Source: an uncultured Candidatus Saccharibacteria bacterium (lineage in GTDB: Bacteria > Patescibacteriota > Saccharimonadia > Saccharimonadales > JACDBH01). Taken from it: a stretch of 64,000 nt of DNA. Shown piece after piece: positions 1 to 10,483 of this stretch. Each line of letters opens with the position of its first letter. Within the stretch, counting starts at the first letter, position 1. The notes beneath the pieces are model-generated. The model ran no database searches. It was not told the DNA's origin and saw only the letters and a program-made list of their open reading frames with translations. Both the position numbers and the translations under genes were made by a program. The stretch spans positions 42,733 to 106,732 of the forward strand of contig CAZXJN010000001.1 in the NCBI GenBank assembly GCA_964641015.1, in the 5' to 3' direction.

Positions 1-1644
1 CTTGATGCCTTCTTCAACAGGCTTAATGTACTCGCCCGGGATAACACCTCCCTTAATCGAGTTGATAAACTCAAAACCTTTGCCCTGTTCGTTTGGCGAG
101 ATACGGACCCACGCATCACCGTACTGACCGCGTCCACCGGATTGACGGATAAACTTGCCTTGTGCTTCAACGCCGGCTTTCTTGATAGTTTCACGGTAAG
201 CAACTTGCGGAGCGCCGATATTGGCTTCGACGTTGAATTCGCGCTTCATGCGGTCTACCAGAATTTCCAGGTGCAGCTCACCCATACCGCTGATAACTGT
301 CTGCCCGGTTTCTGAATCCACTTTAATGCGGAAGGTCGGGTCTTCTTCAGCTAGGCGCTGCAGTGCGAGGCTCATTTTTTCCTGATCTGACTTGGTCTTT
401 GGCTCAATGGCGATCGATACCGGCGGCTCTGGGAACTCTATGCTCTCTAGAACAATCGGGTTGTTTGGATCACACAAAGTATTACCAGTGGTTGTGGCCT
501 TCAGACCGACAATTGCGGCAATATCCCCTGCGCCCACTTCGTTTACTTCTGTACGTTTATCAGCATGCAGACGAACAATACGACCAATGCGCTCCTTCTC
601 ACCGGTAGAGCTGTTGAGCACATATGAACCTGCGGTAACCTTGCCGGAATACACGCGGAAGTATGCGAGCTTGCCTACAAATGGGTCGGTAGTAATCTTG
701 AATGCCAAAGCAGCGAATGGTCCTGATTCGGAATTCTCACGCTCGATGTCATCGCCGGTCTTTGGGTGCTTGCCCCAAGCAGATGGAGTATCAAGCGGGC
801 TTGGCAGGTAATCATTTACCATGTCCAGCAGTTTTTCTACGATAACGCCACGGCCATCACCACCAGTAACTGCAAAGAACTTGCCGGTAAGCACGGCGGT
901 ACGAATTGCCTGCTTGATTTCTGCTACGCTTAGGCCGTCCTCGCCAACTTCAAAGTATTTTTCCAGCATGGCTTCGTCTTCTGCGACCGCATTTTCGATT
1001 AATAGGCTGCGGTATTTTTTAACCTGGTCCATCATATCGGCAGGAATCTCACCTTCGACTAATTCGTGGTCGTGGTAGTCGGTATAGGTGTAGGCCTTCA
1101 TCTCAACCAAGTCGACAACACCGTTGATGCTTTGCTCAAAACCGATTGGCAGCATGACTGGGAAGGCACGCTTGCTCAGACGGTTGTGGATTGATTCCAA
1201 AGATTTGTAGAAATCGCCACCAGTTTGGTTGATCTTGTTGATAAAGCAGATACGAGGAACGTGGTATTTGTCAGCCTGGCGCCATACGGTTTCAGACTGA
1301 GATTCTACACCCATCTTACCGTCGAACACCACGCAGGCGCCGTCAAGAACGCGCAGAGAACGCTCTACTTCAACGGTAAAGTCGATGTGGCCTGGGGTGT
1401 CAATAATGTTGATTTGATTGCCCTTCCAGAAACAGGTAACACTAGCGGCAACAATGGTAATACCACGCTCGCGCTCCTGAGCCATCCAGTCGGTTGTAGA
1501 CTCACCCTCATGGGTTGTACCGATTTTGTGATTGATACCAGTCCGGTACAGGATGCCTTCGGTGGTGGTTGTCTTACCCGCATCGATGTGGGCGATAATC
1601 CCTAGGTTGCGGATATTCTTCATTTCTGGTCTTTTCTCTGCCAT
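1..1644 (-). CDS. fusA: Elongation factor G (5' part; continues beyond the left edge)
   Basis: Manual minus-strand translation from ATG 1644 gives MAEKRPEMKNIRNLGIIAHIDAGKTTT...ERGITI...DTPGHIDF...NKIN. SD-like AAGAGGA lies upstream, and the gene follows rpsL-rpsG as in the str operon. Confidence 0.97.
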   Translation of the reverse strand, partial: MAEKRPEMKNIRNLGIIAHIDAGKTTTTEGILYRTGINHKIGTTHEGESTTDWMAQERERGITIVAASVTCFWKGNQINIIDTPGHIDFTVEVERSLRVLDGACVVFDGKMGVESQSETVWRQADKYHVPRICFINKINQTGGDFYKSLESIHNRLSKRAFPVMLPIGFEQSINGVVDLVEMKAYTYTDYHDHELVEGEIPADMMDQVKKYRSLLIENAVAEDEAMLEKYFEVGEDGLSVAEIKQAIRTAVLTGKFFAVTGGDGRGVIVEKLLDMVNDYLPSPLDTPSAWGKHPKTGDDIERENSESGPFAALAFKITTDPFVGKLAYFRVYSGKVTAGSYVLNSSTGEKERIGRIVRLHADKRTEVNEVGAGDIAAIVGLKATTTGNTLCDPNNPIVLESIEFPEPPVSIAIEPKTKSDQEKMSLALQRLAEEDPTFRIKVDSETGQTVISGMGELHLEILVDRMKREFNVEANIGAPQVAYRETIKKAGVEAQGKFIRQSGGRGQYGDAWVRISPNEQGKGFEFINSIKGGVIPGEYIKPVEEGIK

Positions 1645-1689
1645 GATGTAGTTGATTTCCTCTTATTTCAATTAGTAATGTAGCTCATG

Positions 1690-1826
1690 TATTGCCGTGG
1701 ACTGCGCTGATGCTGAGGGACAGTGTAGTGTCGTGTTTTTGGTGAAGCCCGCAAATGAATCGTAGCTTTTTTCTACTGTCCATGCGGGCTGGAGCCAAAA
1801 GCGCGACAATGCGCGCCGAGGCAATA
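1690..1826. repeat. Palindromic (REP/MITE-like) intergenic element between rpsG and fusA
   Basis: Terminal inverted repeat TATTGCC/GGCAATA; inner stem AGCCCGCA/TGCGGGCT; apical CGTAG-cttttt-CTAC hairpin. Confidence 0.6.
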
Positions 1827-2303
1827 TTAACGGGCGAAGTGGGCGAAGGCTCGGTTAGATTCAGCCATCTTATGTACGTCTTCGCGCTTTTTAACACTTG
1901 TTCCCGTGTTGTTGTAAGCATCGACGATCTCAAGCGCTAAGCGGTCCACCATGCTCATGCCGCTCTTGGCACGGGCTGCCTGGACAAACCACATAGTAGT
2001 CAGATGATTCTGACGCTGGCCTTTGACTTCAAACGGAATCTGATAGTTTGCACCGCCGACGCGACGAGAGCGTGTCTCTAAGTGTGGACGAATGTTTGCC
2101 ATTGCCTTTTCAAAGACTTCTAGCGGGTTGTCGCTGTTGACCTTCTTGGCGGCTTTGAGCATTGCTTCGTAGACAAGCCGCTCGGCAACTTGCTTTTTAC
2201 CATCGCGCATGACGCGATTGATAACACGAGTAACCTGCTGGCTGCCGTAAACACGATCAGGCGCAGCTTCTCGTACGAGTGATTTGGTGACTTTACGAGG
2301 CAT
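1827..2303 (-). CDS. rpsG: 30S ribosomal protein S7
   Basis: MPRK...RRVGGANYQIP...HKMAESNRAFAHF motifs. Confidence 0.98.
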   Translation of the reverse strand: MPRKVTKSLVREAAPDRVYGSQQVTRVINRVMRDGKKQVAERLVYEAMLKAAKKVNSDNPLEVFEKAMANIRPHLETRSRRVGGANYQIPFEVKGQRQNHLTTMWFVQAARAKSGMSMVDRLALEIVDAYNNTGTSVKKREDVHKMAESNRAFAHFAR

Positions 2304-2305
2304 GA

Positions 2306-2719
2306 TTATTTACCTTCTTTCTTGGTGCCGTACTTGGATCGGCCGCGCTTGCGGTCATTTACACCCTGAAGGTCGAGTGCGCCACGCACCACATGGTAGC
2401 GAACACCAGGAAGGTCGGGCACACGACCGCCGCGAATCATGACAACGGCGTGCTCCTGTAGATTATGACCTTCCCCGCCAATATAGGCCCACACTTCATG
2501 ACCGTTGTTCAAGCGGACACGCGCCACTTTGCGAAGCGCTGAGTTTGGCTTCTTTGGGGTTTTGGTGGTCACTTTAATACAGACACCGCGTTTAAACGGT
2601 GATGGTTTTTCGTAGTTTTTGTTCTTTAGGTTGTTCGTCACGCGGTGCAGCGCTGGGCTCTTGCTTTTTGAGCGAGAGATCTTGCGCGGCTTGCGGACGA
2701 GTTGGTTAATTGTAGGCAA
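2306..2719 (-). CDS. rpsL: 30S ribosomal protein S12 (TTG start)
   Basis: PTINQLVRK...[17 protein letters not shown]...[13 protein letters not shown]; SD AAGGAGG upstream. Confidence 0.98.
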   Translation of the reverse strand: MPTINQLVRKPRKISRSKSKSPALHRVTNNLKNKNYEKPSPFKRGVCIKVTTKTPKKPNSALRKVARVRLNNGHEVWAYIGGEGHNLQEHAVVMIRGGRVPDLPGVRYHVVRGALDLQGVNDRKRGRSKYGTKKEGK

Positions 2720-2843
2720 TGTATCCTCCTTAATGGATTTTGTCGGTGGTTAGCTTGAGCAAATCTGCTCGCTTTCCCACAGATTGCTGAATTAATGTAA
2801 AACTCGTTTATGCCAGTTTGTTATTTTAACAGATTGTGAAACC

Positions 2844-5800
2844 TTAGGCAACTTCTGCTTCGTCGAGCAGCGCTTCAGCTTCAGCCGCCATCAGCTCGCG
2901 TGAGCCAGTACCCACTGGGATACGACGCCCTAAGATTACGTTTTCCTTGAGGCCGTACAGGTAGTCAATCTTGCCGCTTGTTGCCGCTGCAATAAGTACG
3001 CGGGTTGTATCCTGGAAGCTTGCGGCAGACAGGAATGAGTCTGTGCTGAGTGAAGCCTTTGTAATACCGAGCAGCAACTGATTGTACTTGATGAGCTCTT
3101 TGCCAGCCTTGGCAAGCTCCTCATTCTTCTCAATCACGGCCTGCTTGCTCACCACATCGCCGGTTACGAACTCGCTATCGCCAGCTTCCTCAATTTGAAC
3201 GCGGCCAAACATCTGGCGCACAATGATTTCTAGGTGCTTGTCTGCAATATTCTGACCCTGTGACGCAAAGATTTTTAGAATCTCGTTCATGATGTAGCGC
3301 TGTGTCGCTTCCACACCCTGCAGGCTCATAAGGTCATGCAGGTTGATGGAACCGTTGGTGAGGCGTTGGCCTGCAATCACATGCTCACCATCCTTTATCG
3401 TAAGCTGTTTGAAGTTTGGAATCTCATAGCGCACTACTGCTTGTTTAGCCGGGCTGATTGTCGCAGTCTTATTAGTAAAGTCGACTTTGCCTGCAACTGG
3501 TGCAATAAGTGGATTTGAAGCCTCTTCGCCTTCAGCAATTACATCACCAATGGCGATGTCTGAGCCGGTAGCGACTGTTGGCCTGCGGCCGTCGAGGTTG
3601 AGCTTGACTGCATCTGCTTGGTCAGAGGTAATCTGTACAATATACTTCTCTCCCTCTTCCCACACACTAGCGAGACCTGGTACATCGCTGAGATAAGCCT
3701 GGCCCTTTGGAGTGCGCACTTCAAAGATTTCTTCGACGCGTGGCAGACCCTGGGTAATATCATCAGCTGCGGCAGAGCCACCACTGTGGAAAGTACGAAG
3801 TGTCAGCTGGGTACCTGGCTCACCGATACTCTGCGCCGCGATAACACCAATCGGATGTGCATCTGCAACCAGTTCACCGGTGGCTGGATCAACACCATAG
3901 CATTTAACAGGGATGCCTCGAGCAGTTGCCACTGAGAGCACGCTCTTGATTTTAACCCCATCAATTGATTCGTCAGCTTCGATAGCCTCAGACGCTTCCT
4001 TATCAATCAACTCACCCTTTTTCACGATTTTACCGATATTTTCAGCGGCATAACGGCCAACCAAACGTGAAGCCAGTGATACGCCGATTTCATCGGCATC
4101 AGCGCGGTAAATAGCGAAGCCTGGATCCTCAACATCCTCTTCGATAGTGAAGACGTCTTGAGCAACATCCACGAGACGACGGGTGAGGTATCCTGAGTCA
4201 GCCGTCTTGAGCGCGGTGTCAATCATACCTTTGCGGGCGCCACGAGTCGCAGTAAAGTACTCGAGCGCAGTGAGCCCCTGCTTGTAGCCGGACTTGATTG
4301 GCAGCTCAATTGCTTTACCGGTCGCATCAGTAGTCACACCAAGCATGCCGACTGATTTCATCACCTGGCCTACGTTACCACGGGCACCAGAAGTAGCAGC
4401 AATTGACATAGAGCTGTCTTCTTCAACGAACTGGGCGGTTAGCTTGTCCATTACTTCGCTTTCTGCCTCGAACCAAGTATCGATAGTCAGGCGATAGCGC
4501 TCTTCGTCAGTAATGAAACCTTGGTCGTACTGGTCGCTGATCTCAGCAACTCGTTCGCCTGCTGCATCCATAACTTCTTGCATGCCGCTGATTTCTGAGA
4601 AATCATCCATACCCATCGATAGGCCCGACATCGTAGCGTATTCAAAGCCAAGATCTTTGAGTGCATCAGCAATCTGCGCTGTTTTATCTTGTCCATACAT
4701 CTGATAGACCAGCGCCATCACGCTCGATAGCTTCTTCTTGGTCATAGCTTCTTCCTGGAATGGGAAGTCGCTTGGGAAAATCTCATTAAAGAGCACGCGG
4801 CCCAATGTAGTCGTACGTGTTTCACCGCGGAAGTCCAGTCGTATGTAATCCTGAAGCTTGATGTTGCCGCCATCGAATGCCATCAGCGCTTCTGCAACAT
4901 CTGCAAAGGCGCGGGGCTCTTTGTTTGAGCTAGGGCGGTCATATGTCAGATAGTAACAGCCAAGCACGATATCTTGCTCGATATGCAGGATAGGTGAACC
5001 GTCTGCTGGCTTGAGCAGGTTTTTGTTGGCAGCCATAATCTCACGCGCCTCTGCTTGCGCAGCGTCAGAAAGCGGCAAGTGCACTGCCATCTGGTCACCG
5101 TCAAAGTCAGCATTAAAACCCTTACACACCAGTGGGTGCAACTGAATTGCTTTTCCTTCGACAAGCACTGGCTGGAAGGCCTGAATCGACAAACGGTGCA
5201 GACTTGGCGCACGGTTGAGCAGGACATATTTGCCCTTAATCACTTCATCAAGCGCGTCCCAAACCTCGGTTTCACCAGTTTCAATCATGCGCGTAGCAGA
5301 ACGGATATTATGCGCCAGGTCTTCTGCAATCAGCCGGCCAATGACAAATGGCTTGAAAAGTTCAAGCGCCATCATTTTTGGCAGGCCACACTGATCGATG
5401 GTAAGTTCTGGACCGGCAACAATTACTGAGCGGCCGGAGTAGTCAACGCGCTTACCAAGCAAGTTCTGGCGGAAACGGCCCTGCTTGCCTTTGAGCAAAT
5501 CGCTCAGGCTCTTTAGTCGCCGGCGCTGACCGGTGGCCGCAACTGCGCGACCGCTGCGAGCGTTATTGTTGTCAATAAGCGCATCGACCGCTTCTTGCAG
5601 CATGCGCTGCTCGTTGCGGCGAATAACTTCTGGCGCATTTAGATCGATCAGCTTTTTCAGACGATTATTACGGTTGATAACGCGACGATACAAATCGTTC
5701 ATATCACTGGTCGCAAATCGACCGCCTGTCAGCTGCACCATAGGACGAAGATCTGGTGGAATTACCGGCAGCACTGACAGGCACATGCTCGATGGCTTAA

Positions 5801-6662
5801 TGCCAGCATTCTGCATATTCTCTAGTAGGCGCAGGCGCTTTTGCAGCTTCTTGCGTCGCTGGCCTTTTGCCTGTTCACTTTCTACGGTAAGTTCTTGAAT
5901 CAGCTCAGTGAGATCGATTTCAGAAAGCAGTTCTTGCAGTGCAGCACCGCCCATGCCAACTGTTACAAGCTCTTGCAGCTCGCTTGGCAGCTCGCGGTAC
6001 TCAGCTTCAGACAGCAAGCCAAGCTTGACCAGGCTCGTAAGCTGCTCCTTGAGCAGTTCAAATTCCCGTGTTACTTCCTCGAGCTCTTTGGTCTGCATTT
6101 CAGCCAGCGCCTTCACATTGGCGTCTTCTTTTGCAGCTTCGGCCTCATAACGAGCCTTGATAGCTTCTTGGGCGGCTGCAAATTCAGCCTCCTTATTAGC
6201 AAGCATTGCATCACGCTTTTCAGTATCAACAGACTTGATGATGTAGCTGGCAAAATAGGTCACGCGTTCAAGATTCTTAACGGTCATGCCGAGCAGTAAA
6301 CCAACTGCTGATGGCGTACCGCGCAGGAACCAGATATGCGCAACCGGTGCAGCCAGTTGGATGTGGCCCATTCGCTCGCGTCGTACAATGCTGCGCGTAA
6401 CAAGCTCGCCGTTCTTGTCTACGGCCGCTTCGCGTGAACGAAGTCCCTTGTACTTAGCATCGTGCGGGTTGATATCCTTTACTGGACCAAAAATCCGCTC
6501 GCAGAATAGTCCGTCCCGCTCTGGCTTCTGGGTACGGTAGTTAATGGTTTCGGGCTTTGTGACTTCGCCGTAGCTCCAATCCAGTATGTCGTCTGCGCTT
6601 GCAATGGCAAGGCGAACTGCATCAAAGTCGGCAATATCAGCGCCGTAGTTGAATTTCCGCAT
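2844..6662 (-). CDS. rpoC: RNA polymerase beta' subunit
   Basis: Catalytic NADFDGD, GKRVDYSGRS and AQSIGEPGTQLT motifs. Confidence 0.99.
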   Translation of the reverse strand: MRKFNYGADIADFDAVRLAIASADDILDWSYGEVTKPETINYRTQKPERDGLFCERIFGPVKDINPHDAKYKGLRSREAAVDKNGELVTRSIVRRERMGHIQLAAPVAHIWFLRGTPSAVGLLLGMTVKNLERVTYFASYIIKSVDTEKRDAMLANKEAEFAAAQEAIKARYEAEAAKEDANVKALAEMQTKELEEVTREFELLKEQLTSLVKLGLLSEAEYRELPSELQELVTVGMGGAALQELLSEIDLTELIQELTVESEQAKGQRRKKLQKRLRLLENMQNAGIKPSSMCLSVLPVIPPDLRPMVQLTGGRFATSDMNDLYRRVINRNNRLKKLIDLNAPEVIRRNEQRMLQEAVDALIDNNNARSGRAVAATGQRRRLKSLSDLLKGKQGRFRQNLLGKRVDYSGRSVIVAGPELTIDQCGLPKMMALELFKPFVIGRLIAEDLAHNIRSATRMIETGETEVWDALDEVIKGKYVLLNRAPSLHRLSIQAFQPVLVEGKAIQLHPLVCKGFNADFDGDQMAVHLPLSDAAQAEAREIMAANKNLLKPADGSPILHIEQDIVLGCYYLTYDRPSSNKEPRAFADVAEALMAFDGGNIKLQDYIRLDFRGETRTTTLGRVLFNEIFPSDFPFQEEAMTKKKLSSVMALVYQMYGQDKTAQIADALKDLGFEYATMSGLSMGMDDFSEISGMQEVMDAAGERVAEISDQYDQGFITDEERYRLTIDTWFEAESEVMDKLTAQFVEEDSSMSIAATSGARGNVGQVMKSVGMLGVTTDATGKAIELPIKSGYKQGLTALEYFTATRGARKGMIDTALKTADSGYLTRRLVDVAQDVFTIEEDVEDPGFAIYRADADEIGVSLASRLVGRYAAENIGKIVKKGELIDKEASEAIEADESIDGVKIKSVLSVATARGIPVKCYGVDPATGELVADAHPIGVIAAQSIGEPGTQLTLRTFHSGGSAAADDITQGLPRVEEIFEVRTPKGQAYLSDVPGLASVWEEGEKYIVQITSDQADAVKLNLDGRRPTVATGSDIAIGDVIAEGEEASNPLIAPVAGKVDFTNKTATISPAKQAVVRYEIPNFKQLTIKDGEHVIAGQRLTNGSINLHDLMSLQGVEATQRYIMNEILKIFASQGQNIADKHLEIIVRQMFGRVQIEEAGDSEFVTGDVVSKQAVIEKNEELAKAGKELIKYNQLLLGITKASLSTDSFLSAASFQDTTRVLIAAATSGKIDYLYGLKENVILGRRIPVGTGSRELMAAEAEALLDEAEVA

Positions 6663-6663
6663 C

Positions 6664-9600
6664 TTATTGCTCCTCCCCTTCGCTCGGGTCTGTTTCTGGT
6701 GTGTCGTCCTCGCCAGCTACGCTAACGGTCATGAATTCACTTTCGATGGCTTCTTCACTGACATCCAGATTTGATAGTTCATCATCCGGCACTTCAATAT
6801 CAGATACATGCTCTGCTTCGTCCTTGATATTGCTTGCCAGAATTTCTTCAGCATCAATGGTCTTGTTTTCTTTGAGATCAAGCAGGTCGACCTTCAATCC
6901 AAGCCCCTGGAGCTCTTTAACAAGCACGTTAAAGCTTTCTGGAATCTTCGGCCCGACAATTTCAGTACCCTTGATGATTGATTCGTACGCCTTGGAGCGT
7001 CCGTAAACATCATCAGACTTGATGGTCAGCATCTCCTGCAAGGTGTGTGACGCGCCGTATGCTTCGAGCGCCCAGACTTCCATTTCACCGAATCGCTGAC
7101 CGCCATTCTGCGCCTTACCGCCGAGCGGCTGCTGGGTTACCATGGTGTACGGTCCGGTTGATCGGGCATGAATCTTGTCAGTCACCATATGATTGAGTTT
7201 GATCATATACATGTAGCCTACGGTGGTAGTTTCCTTGAATGCCTCACCGGTACGGCCGTCGTACAACTGCTGCTTGCCGTTTCGCGGCAATCCTGCTTCT
7301 TCCAGCAGGTCCTGTATTTTGTCAATCGACACCCCGTCAAACGACGGGCTGGCAACTTTCATGCCAAGCGCATGGGCTGCCATGCCTAGGTGTGTTTCAA
7401 ACAGCTGGCCAATATTCATACGAGAAGGTACGCCCAGCGGGTTGAGTACGATATCTACGGGAGTCCCGTCCTCGGTAAATGGCATGTCCTCGACCGGCAG
7501 AATGCGAGCAATCACGCCCTTGTTACCGTGACGACCACCCAGCTTGTCACCTACTTGAATCTTGCGCATCTGCGCAACAAACACCTGAATCTGCTTGATG
7601 ACGCCCGCCTTGAGCTCGTGCCCGTTTTCGCGGGAGAATACTTTGACGCCCACGATTTTACCGTGTTTGCCGTTGCTCATCCGCTGTGAAGTGTCACGAA
7701 CTTCTTTGGCCTTTTCGCCAAAAATTGCACGAAGCAGACGCTCTTCGCTTGACAGCTCCTGCTCGCCCTTAGGAGTAATCTTACCAACCAGAATGTCACC
7801 AGGGTGCACTTCAGCACCAATCCGGACAATCCCTTCGTCATCGAGGTGCCGCAGTGCATCTTCTGAGACATTTGGAATGTCACGAGTAACAATCTCTGGA
7901 CCCAGCTTAGTCTCACGAACCTCAGTCATATAGTCGATGATGTTGATGCTAGTGAGCGTATCGTCCTGTACAAGCCGACGCGAGATAATGATGGCATCTT
8001 CAAAGTTGTAGCCGCCCCATGGCATAAATGCTGTCAGCAAGTCTTTGCCGAGCGCCAATTCGCCATCCTGTACAGACATACCCTCGATCAGGACATCGCC
8101 TTTCTTGACCTTGTCGCCTGAGGAGACAACGACCTTTTGGTTGATGCTGGTACCTTCGTTAGAGCGTACAAAATGCTGAGGAGTGTACGTAACCACCCCT
8201 TCTTTGTACTTCACCTTGACCTCTGCACCCGAACTAGCAACAACCTCGCCATCGGCCTCAGCTACCACCAACTGGCCTGTATTTCGGGCAGCAGTGCTTT
8301 CCATGCCCGTTCCTACGATAGGGCTCTGTGGCGTAATCAGCGGCACAGCCTGGCGCTGCTGGTTGCTGCCCATGAGCGACCTATAGACAAAGTTCTTTTC
8401 AATAAAGGGAATGAGCCCGGCGCTGGTCCCAATAACCTGACGGCGTTCTGCATCGATATAGGCAACCTCATTAGCATCAACCTCTGAGGAGTGCAGGAAG
8501 CGGCGTGCTGACACACGCTCTTCTTTAAAGTACCCATCCTCGTCAATGGCATTGTCAGAGCTTGCGATAATCGTTCGGCCTTCTTCGTAAGCATCGAGGT
8601 AGACGATCTCATCAGTCACCCGTGCTTTGACCGGCCATGTTATTTGATCTTTGACCGCGGCAAGCTTCTTCGCGTCAGCGGCGGTGACCTTAGCACCAGC
8701 TTTGACAATCACTTTACCGTCTTTGTCTTCGAGGTTTACTGCTGCAATATGGCCGACAATATCCTTAGCAGTTGCGGCATTCACTACTTTTCGATACGGA
8801 GCCTCAATGAATCCATAATCATTAATACGGGCATAGCTTGCAAGATTGAGCACGAGACCAATGTTGGCGCCCTCGGGCGTCTCAACCGGACAAATACGGC
8901 TGTAGTGCGTAGCATGCGCATCACGCACCTCAAAGCCTGCACGCTCACGGCTCAGGCCGCCCGGACCCATCGAACTGAGACGGCGCTTGTGCGCAAGCTC
9001 GCTCAAGGGGTTGATCTGGTCCATGAATTGGCTCAGCTGCGAGCTTGCGAAGAACTCACGTACCGCAGCCACGACCGGGCGAGCGTTAATAAGCTGGCCA
9101 GGGGTAACGGTTTCGATTTCACTCATTGACATACGATCCTTGGCGTTGCGCTCCATGCGCAGCAGGCCAATACGGAACTGTCGCTGTACCAGCTCGCCAA
9201 CCAGCTTGACACGGCGATTCGCCAAGCTGTCAATGTCATCGGCTGGCTCCTGGGTAATATTGAGGCGAATAATCTCGGAAATGATCGCAATGAGATCCTC
9301 AAGGCGCATTACCCGGTTTTCGGCGGTGTTCGGCACATCGAGATCAAGCCGCTTGTTGATCTTGTAGCGGCCGACGCGACTGAAGTCAAAACGCTTGTAG
9401 TTGTAGAACATGTTTTCAATCAAGCTGCGGGCGTTATCAACGGTTGCCAGATCACCCGGGCGCAGACGGCGATACACTTCGATAAGTGCTTCGTTAGAGC
9501 CTCTGCTTGGATCCTTTTCAAGCGTAGCTGCGATATAGCTGGTTTTTGCCTGATCAACATGCTTGAAGGCGTCTTTTATCTGATTTTCGGTCATGCCAAG

Positions 9601-10197
9601 CGCTTTGAGAAGAGTAGTTACTGCAATTTTGCGCTTTCGGTCGATTTTTACGTACAGAGCCCCGTTGGCTGCTGTCTCGAACTCAAGCCATGCGCCACGG
9701 CCAGGAATAACCTTAGCGCCATACGTGAATGTACCGCCGTGAATGTCACGCGTAAAGAACACGCCGGCAGAACGAATGAGCTGCGACACTACCACGCGCT
9801 CCGCACCATTGATAACAAAGGTACCGCGTTCGGTCATCCAAGGATAGTCTCCGAGGTAGATTTCCTGCTCTTTGATTTCACCAGTTACTTTGTTGGTGAG
9901 TTCAACCACAGCCTTCAGCGGCGCTTCGTAGCTAATATTGTTCTCACGAGCTTCGGCTTCGGTCGTTTTTGGGTCTTCGAAGTGATATTGCTTAAAACGC
10001 AGCGATAGCTTGGTGCCGGTGTAATCATCGATGGTGCCCACTTCTGACAGTAGTTCGCCCAGACCTTCGTCTACGAACCACTGAAACGAACGGTTCTGGT
10101 GATCGACCAAGTTTGGCAGATCAAGAATATTATCGGTTTTTGTAAAGTACACGCGCTTACCCTGCGCGCGAGAGGTTTTGACGCTTGCTTTTGCCAT
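6664..10197 (-). CDS. rpoB: RNA polymerase beta subunit
   Basis: SQLSQFMDQ, GDKLGGRHGNKG and GGQRFGEMEVWALEAY motifs. Confidence 0.99.
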   Translation of the reverse strand: MAKASVKTSRAQGKRVYFTKTDNILDLPNLVDHQNRSFQWFVDEGLGELLSEVGTIDDYTGTKLSLRFKQYHFEDPKTTEAEARENNISYEAPLKAVVELTNKVTGEIKEQEIYLGDYPWMTERGTFVINGAERVVVSQLIRSAGVFFTRDIHGGTFTYGAKVIPGRGAWLEFETAANGALYVKIDRKRKIAVTTLLKALGMTENQIKDAFKHVDQAKTSYIAATLEKDPSRGSNEALIEVYRRLRPGDLATVDNARSLIENMFYNYKRFDFSRVGRYKINKRLDLDVPNTAENRVMRLEDLIAIISEIIRLNITQEPADDIDSLANRRVKLVGELVQRQFRIGLLRMERNAKDRMSMSEIETVTPGQLINARPVVAAVREFFASSQLSQFMDQINPLSELAHKRRLSSMGPGGLSRERAGFEVRDAHATHYSRICPVETPEGANIGLVLNLASYARINDYGFIEAPYRKVVNAATAKDIVGHIAAVNLEDKDGKVIVKAGAKVTAADAKKLAAVKDQITWPVKARVTDEIVYLDAYEEGRTIIASSDNAIDEDGYFKEERVSARRFLHSSEVDANEVAYIDAERRQVIGTSAGLIPFIEKNFVYRSLMGSNQQRQAVPLITPQSPIVGTGMESTAARNTGQLVVAEADGEVVASSGAEVKVKYKEGVVTYTPQHFVRSNEGTSINQKVVVSSGDKVKKGDVLIEGMSVQDGELALGKDLLTAFMPWGGYNFEDAIIISRRLVQDDTLTSINIIDYMTEVRETKLGPEIVTRDIPNVSEDALRHLDDEGIVRIGAEVHPGDILVGKITPKGEQELSSEERLLRAIFGEKAKEVRDTSQRMSNGKHGKIVGVKVFSRENGHELKAGVIKQIQVFVAQMRKIQVGDKLGGRHGNKGVIARILPVEDMPFTEDGTPVDIVLNPLGVPSRMNIGQLFETHLGMAAHALGMKVASPSFDGVSIDKIQDLLEEAGLPRNGKQQLYDGRTGEAFKETTTVGYMYMIKLNHMVTDKIHARSTGPYTMVTQQPLGGKAQNGGQRFGEMEVWALEAYGASHTLQEMLTIKSDDVYGRSKAYESIIKGTEIVGPKIPESFNVLVKELQGLGLKVDLLDLKENKTIDAEEILASNIKDEAEHVSDIEVPDDELSNLDVSEEAIESEFMTVSVAGEDDTPETDPSEGEEQ

Positions 10198-10483
10198 TAA
10201 AGCACTACTCCCACTTAATTTAATCCGTTGATAAACCCTTTCTAGAACAATCTAAAAAGAGAGAAAGCATGGATGTATTGATGATAAATTAACTTTTGTA
10301 TCTGTTTTTTCGTACGATTTATTTCGGCCGAAGCTACCCTAGGCGCTGACACTTTCGTGGGCCGTTAGAGACGGCGTTATTCCACAGCAGCATACCTACA
10401 CTACTTCTTATACTATAGAGTACAGAGTTATAGGATAGGAGTCAAGAGCCTTTTGCTCGTTTAGGTGCTGAAAGCTTTTTGGC

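Noticed and set aside
8960-9050. RpoB rifampicin-resistance region
   Set aside because: The key Q, D, H and S positions match the sensitive consensus.
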